Assembly: GCA_963666835.2 (NCBI GenBank)
Contig: CAXXGO010000006.1
Span: 2,400,001-2,464,000 of the forward strand
Source of the DNA: Phycisphaerae bacterium
GTDB lineage: Bacteria; Planctomycetota; Phycisphaerae; UBA1845
Direction of reading: 5' to 3'
Length of the DNA: 64,000 bases
Position numbers and translations under genes: made by a program. Positions 26,537 to 36,939 of the stretch are shown here, in pieces. Positions within the stretch are counted from its first letter, which is position 1. The number at the start of each line of letters is the position of its first letter. The notes beneath the pieces are model-generated. The model was given only the letters and a program-made list of their open reading frames with translations. It did not search any database and had not been told where the DNA came from.

Positions 26537-27850
26537 TTACCCCAGGTCAAAAGCCATGAGGCGTGTGCGGTCACGGACATAGAGCGTGGTGCCCACAAGC
26601 GTCGGAGCCGTGAAGGTCTCTGTTGACCACTCCGGGATCTGCCACGTCGAGTGCAAAGTCAGGCCGTCCGATGTTGCTGTGGCCAGGGCGAGTTGCCCGT
26701 GATCGTCGAGGAGAATGATCTTCTCGTCGCCGGTTACCATCGCTGTCGAACCGAAACCTCGTTTGATCCACTCGCGTTTTCCCGTTTTGATGTTGACGCC
26801 CAGGATGAGCGGAGCCTGCCCGTGTTTGGGAGCGACGAGGAGGTCGCCGATGCGGACCGGGTTGTTGATACCGCTGGTGATCTTGCGATTGGTCCACAAC
26901 TCGTTCGCCACAGTCTTCCCGTCTTTTGTTGTCAGCTTCAGTACTCGCCCACTTTCCGCGGTCGAGCAGAACAGGAGGTCTTCGCCGTTCCAGACGGGTG
27001 TCATACTGTGATTGGCGTTTTCGGCGAGCCGGTGACTCCACAGGACCTCTCCATTGGCCGGATCGACACTCAAGACCTCACCCCGGGGAAGGGTGATAAG
27101 CTGGTCCCTTCCGCCGTGGTTGATCAGGATTGGTGAGGAGTATTGGAATCTGAAGCTCCGGTTCTTCCATATCAGCTTGCCCGTCTGTTGGTCAAACGCT
27201 ACGAGGGACGGGCCATCGTCGTGCGCGGGCGCCGGTGCCAGCCCGCCGACCGGCATGGGGGTTCCGTCGGCGGCGCCTAGGCGGCCAACCATGGCGATCA
27301 CCATGTTCCGATACGCGATGGGGCTGCTGGAATAGCCCCAATTGGGAAGATTCGCGCCGAATTCGGCGACAAGGTCGTGTTCCCAGACAAGCGCACCGTC
27401 GCGCCGGTTCTGGCAGCGTATGACTGCGTTGCGGCCTACCGAGACGAGGAAGTCGCCGGCCACCAGTGGCGTCGTGTTCGGTCCCGGAAATGCCTTGCCG
27501 TCGTCGGGGACCGCCGAGGGAAAACTCTTTTCCCAGAGGGTGTTTCCAGTCTTCGCATCAATGGCGCTGACCCATTCGACCTGATCCGCACGGTGCTTAC
27601 GGTGCATCGTGTAAAGTTCGCCACCGTCATAGGCCACGGACGAGTAGCCGTCCCCAAGTTCCCGTTGCCATAGCCTCGATGGACCATTCTCAGGCCAGGA
27701 AGCAGCCAGCCCCGCGGTTTTCACAGAGAAGTCTCGGTTAGGGCCACCCCATTGAGGCCACCCGGCCTGTGCCGCACTGGATAATGCCGCTACACTCAGC
27801 AACGCGACAACTGAGACGCTTCGGGAAGATGCGGGTCGAGGTAACCTCAT
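26537..27850 (-). CDS. Secreted PQQ/BamB-like beta-propeller protein (P6)
   Basis: AAGGAGACTGAT-ATG start; AQA-GWPQWGGPNRDF, GPNTTP, APTLVGTTLYVRDR. Confidence 0.88.
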   Translation of the reverse strand: MRLPRPASSRSVSVVALLSVAALSSAAQAGWPQWGGPNRDFSVKTAGLAASWPENGPSRLWQRELGDGYSSVAYDGGELYTMHRKHRADQVEWVSAIDAKTGNTLWEKSFPSAVPDDGKAFPGPNTTPLVAGDFLVSVGRNAVIRCQNRRDGALVWEHDLVAEFGANLPNWGYSSSPIAYRNMVIAMVGRLGAADGTPMPVGGLAPAPAHDDGPSLVAFDQQTGKLIWKNRSFRFQYSSPILINHGGRDQLITLPRGEVLSVDPANGEVLWSHRLAENANHSMTPVWNGEDLLFCSTAESGRVLKLTTKDGKTVANELWTNRKITSGINNPVRIGDLLVAPKHGQAPLILGVNIKTGKREWIKRGFGSTAMVTGDEKIILLDDHGQLALATATSDGLTLHSTWQIPEWSTETFTAPTLVGTTLYVRDRTRLMAFDLG

Positions 27851-27973
27851 ATCAGTCTCCTTTGCGATCGTAGTGTTTTAGGTATTCAGCGCGACCATGT
27901 TTCACGTGGATGGCCGCAAGGCGACCTTACACATTATGAACACCAAGGCGATGGGCTACTCGAGATATTTTCT

Positions 27974-29269
27974 TCAACTCAAGTCCAGTGCCATGACGTG
28001 ATGTTGGTCGCGCACATAGAGTGTTGTGCCGACCAGAACCGGCGCGGCCCACGACCGACGCCTGGTGATTTGACAGGCTGAATGCACCGTCAGCTCTTCC
28101 GGGGTTGCGGTTGCGAGACCCAGTTGCCCGTCCTGATCGAGAATGACCAGCTTGCCGTCACCGTATACACAGGTCGCCAGAGCGAAGCCGCGGCGAACCC
28201 ATTCGCGTTTTCCTGTGGATACATCCACTGCTACCATCATTGACGTTCCATCGACGCCACCGCTTGAGCCGAAGAGGTGGTTCCCGATGAGGACCGGATT
28301 ATTTTGAGGAAACTTGATCTTCATACTCGCCCAAACTTCCTCAGTAGTAGTCTTGCCGGCCTTGTTGGTCAACCGAAGCACCCCGGTCTGCCTGCCATCG
28401 GGCAAGACCAGCAAATCTTTGCCGTTCCAAATCGGCGTTGCGTCTTTGCTGTACCTGTCCTGCAGTTCGTGATACCAAAGGAGGGCGCCGTCGTTAGGGT
28501 TGACCGCCATGATTCCCTTATTGAGATACTGCACGAGTTGATCCTCTCCCGCGAAGTTAATGAGAATCGGCGAGGAATGGCACAGCGCCAGATCCTGACT
28601 CTTCCAAACGACCTTCCCGGTCGCCTGGTCCAGGGCAATGAGCGTTGGGGCTCCGGTTGGTGTCCGCCCCGGGGCTCCGTAATCCTCGTTCTGGCGCGGC
28701 CGGTCGACGGGTGCGATTACCAAGTGGTTGTATGCGATGGGGCTTGCCGCGTATCCCCATGTGTAAGACCGCCCGCCCATCTCCTTGACGAAATCGTGTT
28801 TCCAAAGGACCTCGCCGGTCTTCTTGTGGAAGGCGTAGATTACCGAGTCCGTGCCAACTGTGAACACGCGGTCGCCGGCTATCAGCGGCGTGGAATTCGG
28901 GCCCGCGCAAAGCTGGTCACGCTCATCCCTGGGGTCATACGGAGACGAATTGCGATGCTCCCACAGGGTCTTTCCGGTCTTGGTATCCAACGCGACAGTG
29001 AATTCGTTGGTGTTGGCGCGGTACATCGTATACGCGACGCCGTCATCGACCACGAGGGATGAGTGCCCGTCCCCAAGCTCTCGATGCCAGATCTTGCGAG
29101 GGCCGTCGTCCGGCCAGGAGTCTGCGAGGCCCCGGGTGTCGACGGTGAAGTTGCGATCCGGGCCACCCCATTGCGGCCACTGCGCCTCGACGCGGTCGGC
29201 GCTGACATAAATGAGCATGACCGCGGCGAACGCGGTTGTGATTCCGGGCAACGAACTCTTGTGTAACAT
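27974..29269 (-). CDS. Secreted PQQ/BamB-like beta-propeller protein (P7)
   Basis: AAGGAG RBS; VEA-QWPQWGGPDRNF, GPNSTP, APVLVGTTLYVRD. Confidence 0.88.
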   Translation of the reverse strand: MLHKSSLPGITTAFAAVMLIYVSADRVEAQWPQWGGPDRNFTVDTRGLADSWPDDGPRKIWHRELGDGHSSLVVDDGVAYTMYRANTNEFTVALDTKTGKTLWEHRNSSPYDPRDERDQLCAGPNSTPLIAGDRVFTVGTDSVIYAFHKKTGEVLWKHDFVKEMGGRSYTWGYAASPIAYNHLVIAPVDRPRQNEDYGAPGRTPTGAPTLIALDQATGKVVWKSQDLALCHSSPILINFAGEDQLVQYLNKGIMAVNPNDGALLWYHELQDRYSKDATPIWNGKDLLVLPDGRQTGVLRLTNKAGKTTTEEVWASMKIKFPQNNPVLIGNHLFGSSGGVDGTSMMVAVDVSTGKREWVRRGFALATCVYGDGKLVILDQDGQLGLATATPEELTVHSACQITRRRSWAAPVLVGTTLYVRDQHHVMALDLS

Positions 29270-29333
29270 GTCGAACGTTCTCCTTGCCTGAACAGCGGAG
29301 TACTGTCCGCGGCGGATCGTGCATAAGGCGATA

Positions 29334-30491
29334 TCAACTTCCACGCGCCGGCGCGGCACCGAAGCAATACAGGACCCCGTCGTCAGTGCCGATCACCATG
29401 CAGTCGGGTCCAATCGCCGGCGAGGCGGTGACCGGCGCGCCGGTCTCGAACCGCCAGGTCTTCTCCCCGGTTTCAAGGTTTATCTCGTAGACATTTCCGT
29501 CGGACGAGCCTACGAAAACGCGGCTTCCCACAACTACCGGAGACGAGTCAATCCGCGCTTTCGCCACGAAGGTCCAGATGGGGCGTCCCGTCAGCGCATC
29601 CAGCGCCCGCAGGCGCTTGTCGCGCCCGCCGACTATGATCTTCTTGGCCGTGACCGCGGCCGAGGCCATGAAAGGGAACTCGCGGTCGGGGTCCTCGTAC
29701 GTCCAGATCGTCTGCCCTTGCTTCCAGTCGACCGCCAGGACTCGTCCACCGTACGTTCCCACGAAGGCTACAGACCCGCGGATCGCGGCGGACGCGCCGG
29801 ACGGAGCTCCCATGGCGACGGTTGCCGTGGCTTTGCCATCGGACAGACGCACAACGTGGAAACGCTCGTCACAACCGACTGCGAAGGCGTGCCCCTCGGC
29901 GATTGCCGGAGAACCGTGGACGTAACCGTCGGTTCCGTACTTCCAAACCAACTCCCCAGTGTCGGCGCGGAGGCAGTAAAGGGAGCCGTCGTACGACCCG
30001 ACGAGGATGCGGCCGGCGTCGTGGTTCGGCGAGGAGATCACCTGCCCCTCAGTCTCAAAGGTCCATTGGACCTTTCCGTCCGAACGTCGGACAGCGTGAA
30101 CGAGCCCCTCGTCGTCGCCGAACACCACGAGCTCCCCAACGACCAGCGGCGACGACTGGATCGGCCCCTTCGCGGCGTACTTCCATTTGAGACTACCGTT
30201 GGTCAGATCGAGGGCGTAGAAGTGCTCGTCGTGACAACCAACGTACACGGTTGTGTCGGCGATGGCCGCCGTCGCCGTGAACGGTTCCGTTGCCTCATAC
30301 TTCCATCGCACCACCAACGTCTCGGGGAGCCTGTAACTGACCACGCCGGTTAGCGCGGGATCGCCGCGAAAGCCGGGCCAAACTGCGTCAACCGATGAGC
30401 GTTCGTCGGCGGACGCCTCCGCGCCGTTCGGACTCTGCGTAGTGGCGACCAACGCAAGCCACCCGATTGTGTTGAGCATAATCCAGCTCAT
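29334..30491 (-). CDS. PQQ-repeat beta-propeller, regular BamB/AfsK-type repeats (P8)
   Basis: WPGFRGD followed by regular SSP...V.VGS.DG.LY.L...TG...W repeats. Confidence 0.88.
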   Translation of the reverse strand: MSWIMLNTIGWLALVATTQSPNGAEASADERSSVDAVWPGFRGDPALTGVVSYRLPETLVVRWKYEATEPFTATAAIADTTVYVGCHDEHFYALDLTNGSLKWKYAAKGPIQSSPLVVGELVVFGDDEGLVHAVRRSDGKVQWTFETEGQVISSPNHDAGRILVGSYDGSLYCLRADTGELVWKYGTDGYVHGSPAIAEGHAFAVGCDERFHVVRLSDGKATATVAMGAPSGASAAIRGSVAFVGTYGGRVLAVDWKQGQTIWTYEDPDREFPFMASAAVTAKKIIVGGRDKRLRALDALTGRPIWTFVAKARIDSSPVVVGSRVFVGSSDGNVYEINLETGEKTWRFETGAPVTASPAIGPDCMVIGTDDGVLYCFGAAPARGS

Positions 30492-30804
30492 GATGCCCCT
30501 GCCTCTCGCCTGAATGTAAGACTGTAAAGAAGCCCGGTCCTACCTGCCGACTCGCAAAGTGCCGACAGAAGAGCCCGGCAAACCAAGCAACCCTAAGATG
30601 AGCATTCTGGCGGCCTCTGTGATTTCGGGCCAGCCGGTCGGGTCGGTCATCGAGGCTCAGCCCTCCGTGCCGAGGCTCAGTCTACAGTCTCACCGGTGGA
30701 CAATCCGCACTTTGCCCGCCGATGCCTGCGCGCCGGATTGCCCGTGGGATGTGTTTTCTTGTCGGATGTTGCCCGTCGGAGCGACGTCGACCGTTCGTTC
30801 GTGT

Positions 30805-32262
30805 CTATGGGGCGGTTTTCGAAATAGCCAATAAGGCTCGGCGGTTAGAGATGTACATCACGCCGCTTGACACCACCGGAGTGCTGTACACTGTACTCCC
30901 GACGTCGTTGACGGCTACCTCCACCAGCTCCTTCCCGTGCTTCAGAACGATGATCTCTCCGTCGGTCGTCCCGAGATAGACATTCCCGTCCGCCACAAAG
31001 GGAGAACCCCATACCGCGGCGAAAGCGTCGTGGCGCCAGTATTGTTGCCCGGTCTTTAAGTCCAGGCACTGCAAGTACCCGCTCAGCTCCGCGGCGTAGA
31101 CCAGCCCGTCAGCGATGGCCACGGTCGATAGCGTTCTGCCGAACTTGTCATCGCCCACATGCCAGACGCGCCCCGTTTTGGTAATGTCGCCGCGACCCGT
31201 AGCGTCGATGGCATAGAGATGCCCCGGCCCGTCCCCATGTTCCGGGTCCTGGCCTACCCCCACGAATACCTTGTTGTCGTACACCACCGGAGTGCCGATG
31301 ATCCCGCTCTTCGTACCGCGCCCGTGCGGTACCCACTTGGCATCCGCGGGGTTGAGATTGAACTTCCAGATCGGCTCTCCGGTTTTCGGTTCATAAGCGT
31401 AACACCAACCGTCCCCCCCGGCGAAGATGACCTGGGGCTTGCCCTGAATCATGCCCAGCGCCGGAGAAGACCACTGGCCGTGGAGCACGTTTGCCCCCGC
31501 GTCGTTCCGTTGCCACACGACTTCACCGGTGTTCTTGTTGGCTGCGAGCAGGTCGGGGGCGTTCGGAAACTCCACCTTCTCATGAGTCTTGTCGACGCCG
31601 TTGGAAGTAGTCACGAAGAGTAAGTCACCCCAACCAACCGGCGAGCAGGTTGCCAGATTGTGCGGGCGGACCTTAAGGTCCTTGAACATGTCCAGGATCC
31701 AGACAAAGTCAGCGTCTTGCTTCTGATGGTGCTTTTCGTCGCGGAGCGGGCCGTCGTTCTCCCCGTCGGTGAAACCATTTACGTCGGCGCAGACGAGCTG
31801 ACATTGGTTGCTGACGTAATAGAGCCGGTCGCCTTCCACCCAGGGTGCGGAGACGATTCCCTGCTCGGGCCAGTCGTTAACGCTCCCGGTGGGCAGTTTG
31901 TCGTGCGTGGCCTGCCACAGGAAGGCGCCGGTCTTCTCATCGAGGCAAACCAGCACGCCCTTGTCTCCCTTAATCTCCGGGCGCAGCTCACCTCCATTAT
32001 TGGTGCCCACGAAGATCTTACCGCCGGCGACAACGGGCACCCCGTACGTCGTTGTTCCCAACGCGGTTGTCCATTTCACGTTCTTGCCGCTCTCAATGTC
32101 CCACGTGACCGGCAGGCCGGTCTCGTCGGAGACCATGTTCCGGTCGGGGGCGCCGCCCCACATTGGCCACTCTCCGCGTTTGGGCTTGCCCGGCGTATCC
32201 GCCCAACACGGTAGGGTTGCACTCAGCAGAACGACCGTCAGTGCCATCAGACATCGAGTCAT
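30805..32262 (-). CDS. Secreted PQQ-like beta-propeller protein (P9, distinct subfamily)
   Basis: Signal peptide; EWPMWGG.PDRN, HGQWSSP, GQDPEHG and Trp-docking repeats. Confidence 0.85.
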   Translation of the reverse strand: MTRCLMALTVVLLSATLPCWADTPGKPKRGEWPMWGGAPDRNMVSDETGLPVTWDIESGKNVKWTTALGTTTYGVPVVAGGKIFVGTNNGGELRPEIKGDKGVLVCLDEKTGAFLWQATHDKLPTGSVNDWPEQGIVSAPWVEGDRLYYVSNQCQLVCADVNGFTDGENDGPLRDEKHHQKQDADFVWILDMFKDLKVRPHNLATCSPVGWGDLLFVTTSNGVDKTHEKVEFPNAPDLLAANKNTGEVVWQRNDAGANVLHGQWSSPALGMIQGKPQVIFAGGDGWCYAYEPKTGEPIWKFNLNPADAKWVPHGRGTKSGIIGTPVVYDNKVFVGVGQDPEHGDGPGHLYAIDATGRGDITKTGRVWHVGDDKFGRTLSTVAIADGLVYAAELSGYLQCLDLKTGQQYWRHDAFAAVWGSPFVADGNVYLGTTDGEIIVLKHGKELVEVAVNDVGSTVYSTPVVSSGVMYISNRRALLAISKTAP

Positions 32263-32547
32263 CAGTTCCTCGCTTTCGTACCCGTCAACAGCCGCTCGCG
32301 GGTTCCTTTTGTCACCCCGTAATCCTCCTGCCGCCCGTTTCGCGCTCAGGCGGCAAGATTCTGCGCAAGCTCATTGTATTCTAGGGCAGGATCCGTCTGC
32401 TGCGAGAGCGGCAGCGGCGTTTCACGGCGGGTCTGACATCTTCTGATAACTTCGTGAACGCCAGTTGCCCGGTTGTGCTCGGCACGTGGTCCCTTACCAT
32501 GATCCGCCGGATGCGTCGTCCCCAGTCGGCTTGAGGATTGAGTGCCT

Positions 32548-33231
32548 ATGGCAGTCGGCTTACGTGCTGAGGCAGTTGAGAAGAGTTTTCCCGCTCGTAG
32601 CGGAGATCTCGCGGTTCTGCGCGGAGCGTCCCTGTCGCTGGCGACCGGGGAGTCTGCGGCAATCATGGGTCCGTCCGGCTCGGGTAAGAGTACCCTGTTG
32701 AACATCTTGGGTACGCTGGAAGTACCGACCGCCGGACGGGTCACTATTGACGATCGTGATCCGTTCCGCCTCGATGCACGTGAGCTGGCGCGGTTTCGCA
32801 ACGAGCGGATCGGGTTCGTTTTCCAGGATCAACACCTCCTCGCGCAGTGCTGTGTGCTGGAGAACGTTCTTCTGCCGACTCTTGCGGTACCGGGTCGACC
32901 CGACGCGTCGGATCGCGCGACCGCACTTCTCCAGCGCGTCGGTTTGGCGGATCGCCTGGACCATCTGCCGGCTGAACTCTCGGGGGGGGAGCGCCAGCGG
33001 GTCGCGATTGCTCGAGCTCTGATAAACCGGCCGGTGGTTCTTCTGGCCGATGAACCAACCGGGAACCTCGACCGGCGAACGGCCGAGAGCATCGCCGCGC
33101 TCCTCTGCGAGATCCACCGTGATGAAGGAGCCACGCTGGTAGTCGTAACCCACAGCCCCGAGTTAGCCGGCCGGTTTAGCCGCAGGTTTGAAGTTGTTGA
33201 CGGGACTCTCGTCGAACGTCAGGGGGCGTAA
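32548..33231 (+). CDS. ABC transporter ATP-binding protein (LolD/MacB-type)
   Basis: GPSGSGKS, LSGGERQRVAIARAL, LADEPTGNLD and VTH. Confidence 0.93.
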   Translation: MAVGLRAEAVEKSFPARSGDLAVLRGASLSLATGESAAIMGPSGSGKSTLLNILGTLEVPTAGRVTIDDRDPFRLDARELARFRNERIGFVFQDQHLLAQCCVLENVLLPTLAVPGRPDASDRATALLQRVGLADRLDHLPAELSGGERQRVAIARALINRPVVLLADEPTGNLDRRTAESIAALLCEIHRDEGATLVVVTHSPELAGRFSRRFEVVDGTLVERQGA

Positions 33232-33232
33232 G

Positions 33233-36200
33233 GTGCGGCTGACGACCTACATTCGTCGCAGCCTGGGCTACTACTGGCGGTCGCACCTTGCCGTTGCCCT
33301 CGGGGTGCTCACGGCCACGGGGACGTTGACCGGGGCGTTGCTCGTGGGTGATTCCATGCGGGCAAGCTTACGCGCTGAAGCGCTTGCTGGTCTGGGCAAG
33401 GTCGATTACGCGGTCACCGCTACCACGTTCTTCAACCAGCGCATGGTCCAGGGGCTCGTCGATGAGGCTGCGTCCGGAGTGGAGGTCATCCAGGCCTGTC
33501 CGGCCATTCGCGTGCGTGGCGGAATCTCTCACGCGCAGACTGGTGCCCGCGTGAACCGAGTTGGAATCCTCGGCGTAACCGACGATATCTGGGAGTTGGT
33601 TGCCTCGAACAACGGCGATCCGCCGGTCTTGGCTCAGGGAAGGGCGGTTCTGTTGAGTCGGCGTCTTGCCGAGCAACTGGGGGCGCGAGTCGGCGGTGAT
33701 GTACTGCTGCGGCTCGGTACGGTGAGCCCGATTTCGACCGAGACACTGCTTGGTCGCCGAGATGACACATCCCTGACACTTCGTGTGACGGTTCAGGGTA
33801 TTGTCTCTGAGGCGCAAGGCGGCGATTTCACGCTGGAGCCGAGACGCACGGCGCCCTACAACGCCTGGGTACCTCTTTCGGTTCTTCAGCGAGCGCTGGA
33901 CCGCCCCGATCGAGTGAACACCGTCTTGGTGAAGACTCGCACCCAGCTCAGTCCGACGGACGTCGTTGCGGAACTGCAGAACCGGCTCAGGAAGCACCTG
34001 CAGTTAAGTGATCTGGGGTTGTCACTACGAGACGACCAGGATCGCGGCTACCTTGCCTTTGAGAGCGAGGCTGTCTTGCTCGATCCGGCCGTCGAACGCG
34101 CGGCCCTGGCTACCGCCGAGGCGGTGGGGGTCACGGCCGCACCGGTGCTCACTTACTTGGCTAACAGCATTGCTGCGGTTCCCGCGGACGTGGCCTCTGC
34201 CGGCGATGGCGATTTCGGGCGACCGGGGAAGCCGGTGCTAACCGGGGCGCGTTCGATTCCATACTCGACGGTGGCGGCGTTGGATCCGACGGCGATCGGG
34301 CTATCCGGGCTAACGCTGGTTGACGGATCTCCGGCAGCGCGATTAGAGGCGGGGGACATCCTGCTGAACGAGTGGGCGGCCGGTGATCTTGGTGTGGAAG
34401 TCGGTGACCGAATTGCTCTCGATTATTACGTGAATGAACCTATGGGGCGGTTGGAATCGCGCCGTAGCGTCTTCAGGCTTCGCGGGGTCGTTCGCATGGA
34501 CCGGCTTGCGGCGGATGCGGGATTCGCGCCGTCGTATCCGGGGATTACCGACACGGCCAATCTCGGAGAGTGGGATCCGCCGTTTCCGATAGACCTTGAG
34601 CGCGTACGCGACCGGGACGAGGATTACTGGGACAAGTACAACGCGGCTCCGAAGGCGTTCATCTGTCTGAGCGATGGGCGTACGCTGTGGGCCGAAGGGA
34701 GAGAACGACTCGGTCGCGCAACGTCGATCAGGTTCGCTATTCCCCGTGCCCGAGGTTCGAGCGAGTATGCCGAGGCATTGCAGAGTGAGCTGTGCCGACG
34801 TCTTGATCCCGCTGAATTGGGTGTCACGGTTGATGCGGTAAGAGACCGGGCGCTGAAGGCCGGCGCCGGATCGACCGATTTCGGAGTGTTGTTCCTCTCG
34901 TTCAGCTTCTTCTTGATAGCGTCCGCGGCGATGTTGGTGGCTCTGTTGTTCGGCCTGGGCGCCGAACGCCGCGCCCCTGACTCCGGATTGCTGCTGGCGA
35001 CGGGATTCTCCCCACAAACGGTGGGGCGGCTGCTCGTGGCCGAGGGTGCCGTTGTTGCCGCGTTTGGGGCGGTGCTCGGGTTGGGGGCGGCGGTGGGGTA
35101 CGCGTGGCTGATGTTGGCCGGGCTGAAGTCCTGGTGGGCCGGGGCGGTCAACGCCCCATTCCTGCAACTCCACGTTTCGATTCCATCGTTGGCGATCGGT
35201 CTGGTGGCCGGCGTTATCATCGCGGTGTTCTCGATTGCGTGGTCCGTGCGCCGGTTGGTCCGACGGACTCCGTATGCTCTTCTGATGAGGGCGACCGCAT
35301 CGGATCAGCCTGTCGTTCACCGCGGGCAATCGCGTACCACCGCAGTGATCGGCGTGGTAATCTCGGTTGCGGCGGTCGGTTTGATCGGGCTGGCCGCTAC
35401 GACGGAGGTGGTATCGCCGGTTGCCGGTTTCTTCGGCGGGGGAGCTGCTCTGGTGGCTTCCGCGTTGTGCTTCTTCCGGGTCTGGCTCAGCCGGGGTTCT
35501 CGAACGCTGTTCGTACGGCCGGGATATGGCGCGGTCTTGTGGCTTGGGGTCAGGAATGCTCCACGCAATCCGGGGCGGAGTGTTCTGGTTTCCGGGCTGA
35601 TCGCCTCGGCGTCGTTTGTGATTGCTGCCATCGGGGCGATGCATGTGGAACCCGATACAGATGCGACGAGCCGGTATTCATCCACCGGTGGGTTTGCGTT
35701 GGTGGCCGAGTCCGCCATTCCGTTGCCTCAAGATCTCAATACACCGGAGGGACGCGAGGACCTGGGTCTTACCGGGGCGGACGAGATTATCTCACGTGGT
35801 GTCAGGTTCATGCCATTTCGATTGCGTCCGGGAGACGAAGCCGGGTGCCGTGGGCTCTACCGACCGACCGACCCGCGGATCATCGGGGCGACAAATGAGA
35901 TGATCACGCGCGGCGGGTTCAGCTTTGTTGCTTCGCTTGCTCGGACCGATGAAGAGAAACGCAATCCCTGGACCCTGCTGAACCGCAGCTTCGCCGACGG
36001 TGCCGTCCCGGTGATCGGCGAGGAGAACGCCGTCAAATGGCAACTTCACCTGGGGCTTGGCGAGGATCTCGTTATCACCAACGATGCGGGCGAGGATACG
36101 CGTTTGCGGTTTGTGGCGTTGCTGGCGCGCAGCCCTCTCCAGGATGAGCTGATCATCTCGGAGACAGCTTTTGTCCGAGAGTTTCCTTCGATCAACGGTT

Positions 36201-36718
36201 ACGGGTTCGTTCTTGTAGAAGCGCCGGATTCCACCGCTCCCCAACTGGCGCGCGTATTGGAAGAGGAGCTTGGGGCGTTCGCGCTGGATGTCACGACGAC
36301 GAGTCAGAGGCTGCAGGATTACTCTACCGTGCAGAACACCTACCTGCGGACGTTCCAGACGCTCGGCGGGTTCGGATTGGCGCTCGGGACGGTGGGGCTG
36401 GCCGTGGTGCTGTTGCGCAACCTTGTGGAACGCCGGGGCGAATTGGCCTTGATGACCGCATTGGGTTTCTCCCGCTCGGCGGTGCGACGAATGGTGCTGG
36501 CCGAGAACACGGTGCTGGTCGTGGCGGGTCTGCTGATGGGTGTATTGCCCGCAATGGTCGCGATATCGCCTCAGTTGATGGGACGCTCTGAGCACGTGCC
36601 GTGGCTATCCCTGGCAATCACGTTTCTCGCCGTATTCGCAACCGGAATCGGAGCGGGCTGGTTGGCGTGCGGCTGGGCGTTGCGCGGTCCGCTTCTGCCC
36701 GCCCTACGTAGCGAGTGA
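33233..36718 (+). CDS. Large FtsX/MacB-type ABC permease (duplicated FtsX domains)
   Basis: Two 4-TM FtsX-like halves (ERR...LLATGFS; ERRGELALM.ALGFS) with large periplasmic loops. GTG lies 1 nt after the ATPase stop. Confidence 0.88.
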   Translation: MRLTTYIRRSLGYYWRSHLAVALGVLTATGTLTGALLVGDSMRASLRAEALAGLGKVDYAVTATTFFNQRMVQGLVDEAASGVEVIQACPAIRVRGGISHAQTGARVNRVGILGVTDDIWELVASNNGDPPVLAQGRAVLLSRRLAEQLGARVGGDVLLRLGTVSPISTETLLGRRDDTSLTLRVTVQGIVSEAQGGDFTLEPRRTAPYNAWVPLSVLQRALDRPDRVNTVLVKTRTQLSPTDVVAELQNRLRKHLQLSDLGLSLRDDQDRGYLAFESEAVLLDPAVERAALATAEAVGVTAAPVLTYLANSIAAVPADVASAGDGDFGRPGKPVLTGARSIPYSTVAALDPTAIGLSGLTLVDGSPAARLEAGDILLNEWAAGDLGVEVGDRIALDYYVNEPMGRLESRRSVFRLRGVVRMDRLAADAGFAPSYPGITDTANLGEWDPPFPIDLERVRDRDEDYWDKYNAAPKAFICLSDGRTLWAEGRERLGRATSIRFAIPRARGSSEYAEALQSELCRRLDPAELGVTVDAVRDRALKAGAGSTDFGVLFLSFSFFLIASAAMLVALLFGLGAERRAPDSGLLLATGFSPQTVGRLLVAEGAVVAAFGAVLGLGAAVGYAWLMLAGLKSWWAGAVNAPFLQLHVSIPSLAIGLVAGVIIAVFSIAWSVRRLVRRTPYALLMRATASDQPVVHRGQSRTTAVIGVVISVAAVGLIGLAATTEVVSPVAGFFGGGAALVASALCFFRVWLSRGSRTLFVRPGYGAVLWLGVRNAPRNPGRSVLVSGLIASASFVIAAIGAMHVEPDTDATSRYSSTGGFALVAESAIPLPQDLNTPEGREDLGLTGADEIISRGVRFMPFRLRPGDEAGCRGLYRPTDPRIIGATNEMITRGGFSFVASLARTDEEKRNPWTLLNRSFADGAVPVIGEENAVKWQLHLGLGEDLVITNDAGEDTRLRFVALLARSPLQDELIISETAFVREFPSINGYGFVLVEAPDSTAPQLARVLEEELGAFALDVTTTSQRLQDYSTVQNTYLRTFQTLGGFGLALGTVGLAVVLLRNLVERRGELALMTALGFSRSAVRRMVLAENTVLVVAGLLMGVLPAMVAISPQLMGRSEHVPWLSLAITFLAVFATGIGAGWLACGWALRGPLLPALRSE

Positions 36719-36939
36719 CGCGCTGAAGGTCTGGTCGATGCGTGTCGAACCGGCACGCCGGCCAATCCGGCCTTCCGGCTACGCTGCCACGTGTTGCGAT
36801 GTCTTTCCATGTAAATGTTTGTCCTCATTGTCATGGCGTCTGGCAAAGGCTTGCCGGACTGTGCATACTGACAAACCTGGCGATCGACGACGGGGTCCCA
36901 GGCTGGCTTTAGGCAACCGTCGATATAAGGAAACGACAG

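Noticed and set aside
18966..29269. Diversity-generating retroelement or invertible cassette system behind the paralog variation
   Set aside because: I saw no reverse transcriptase, recombinase or near-identical template/variable repeat pair. The paralogs differ throughout, including by indels.
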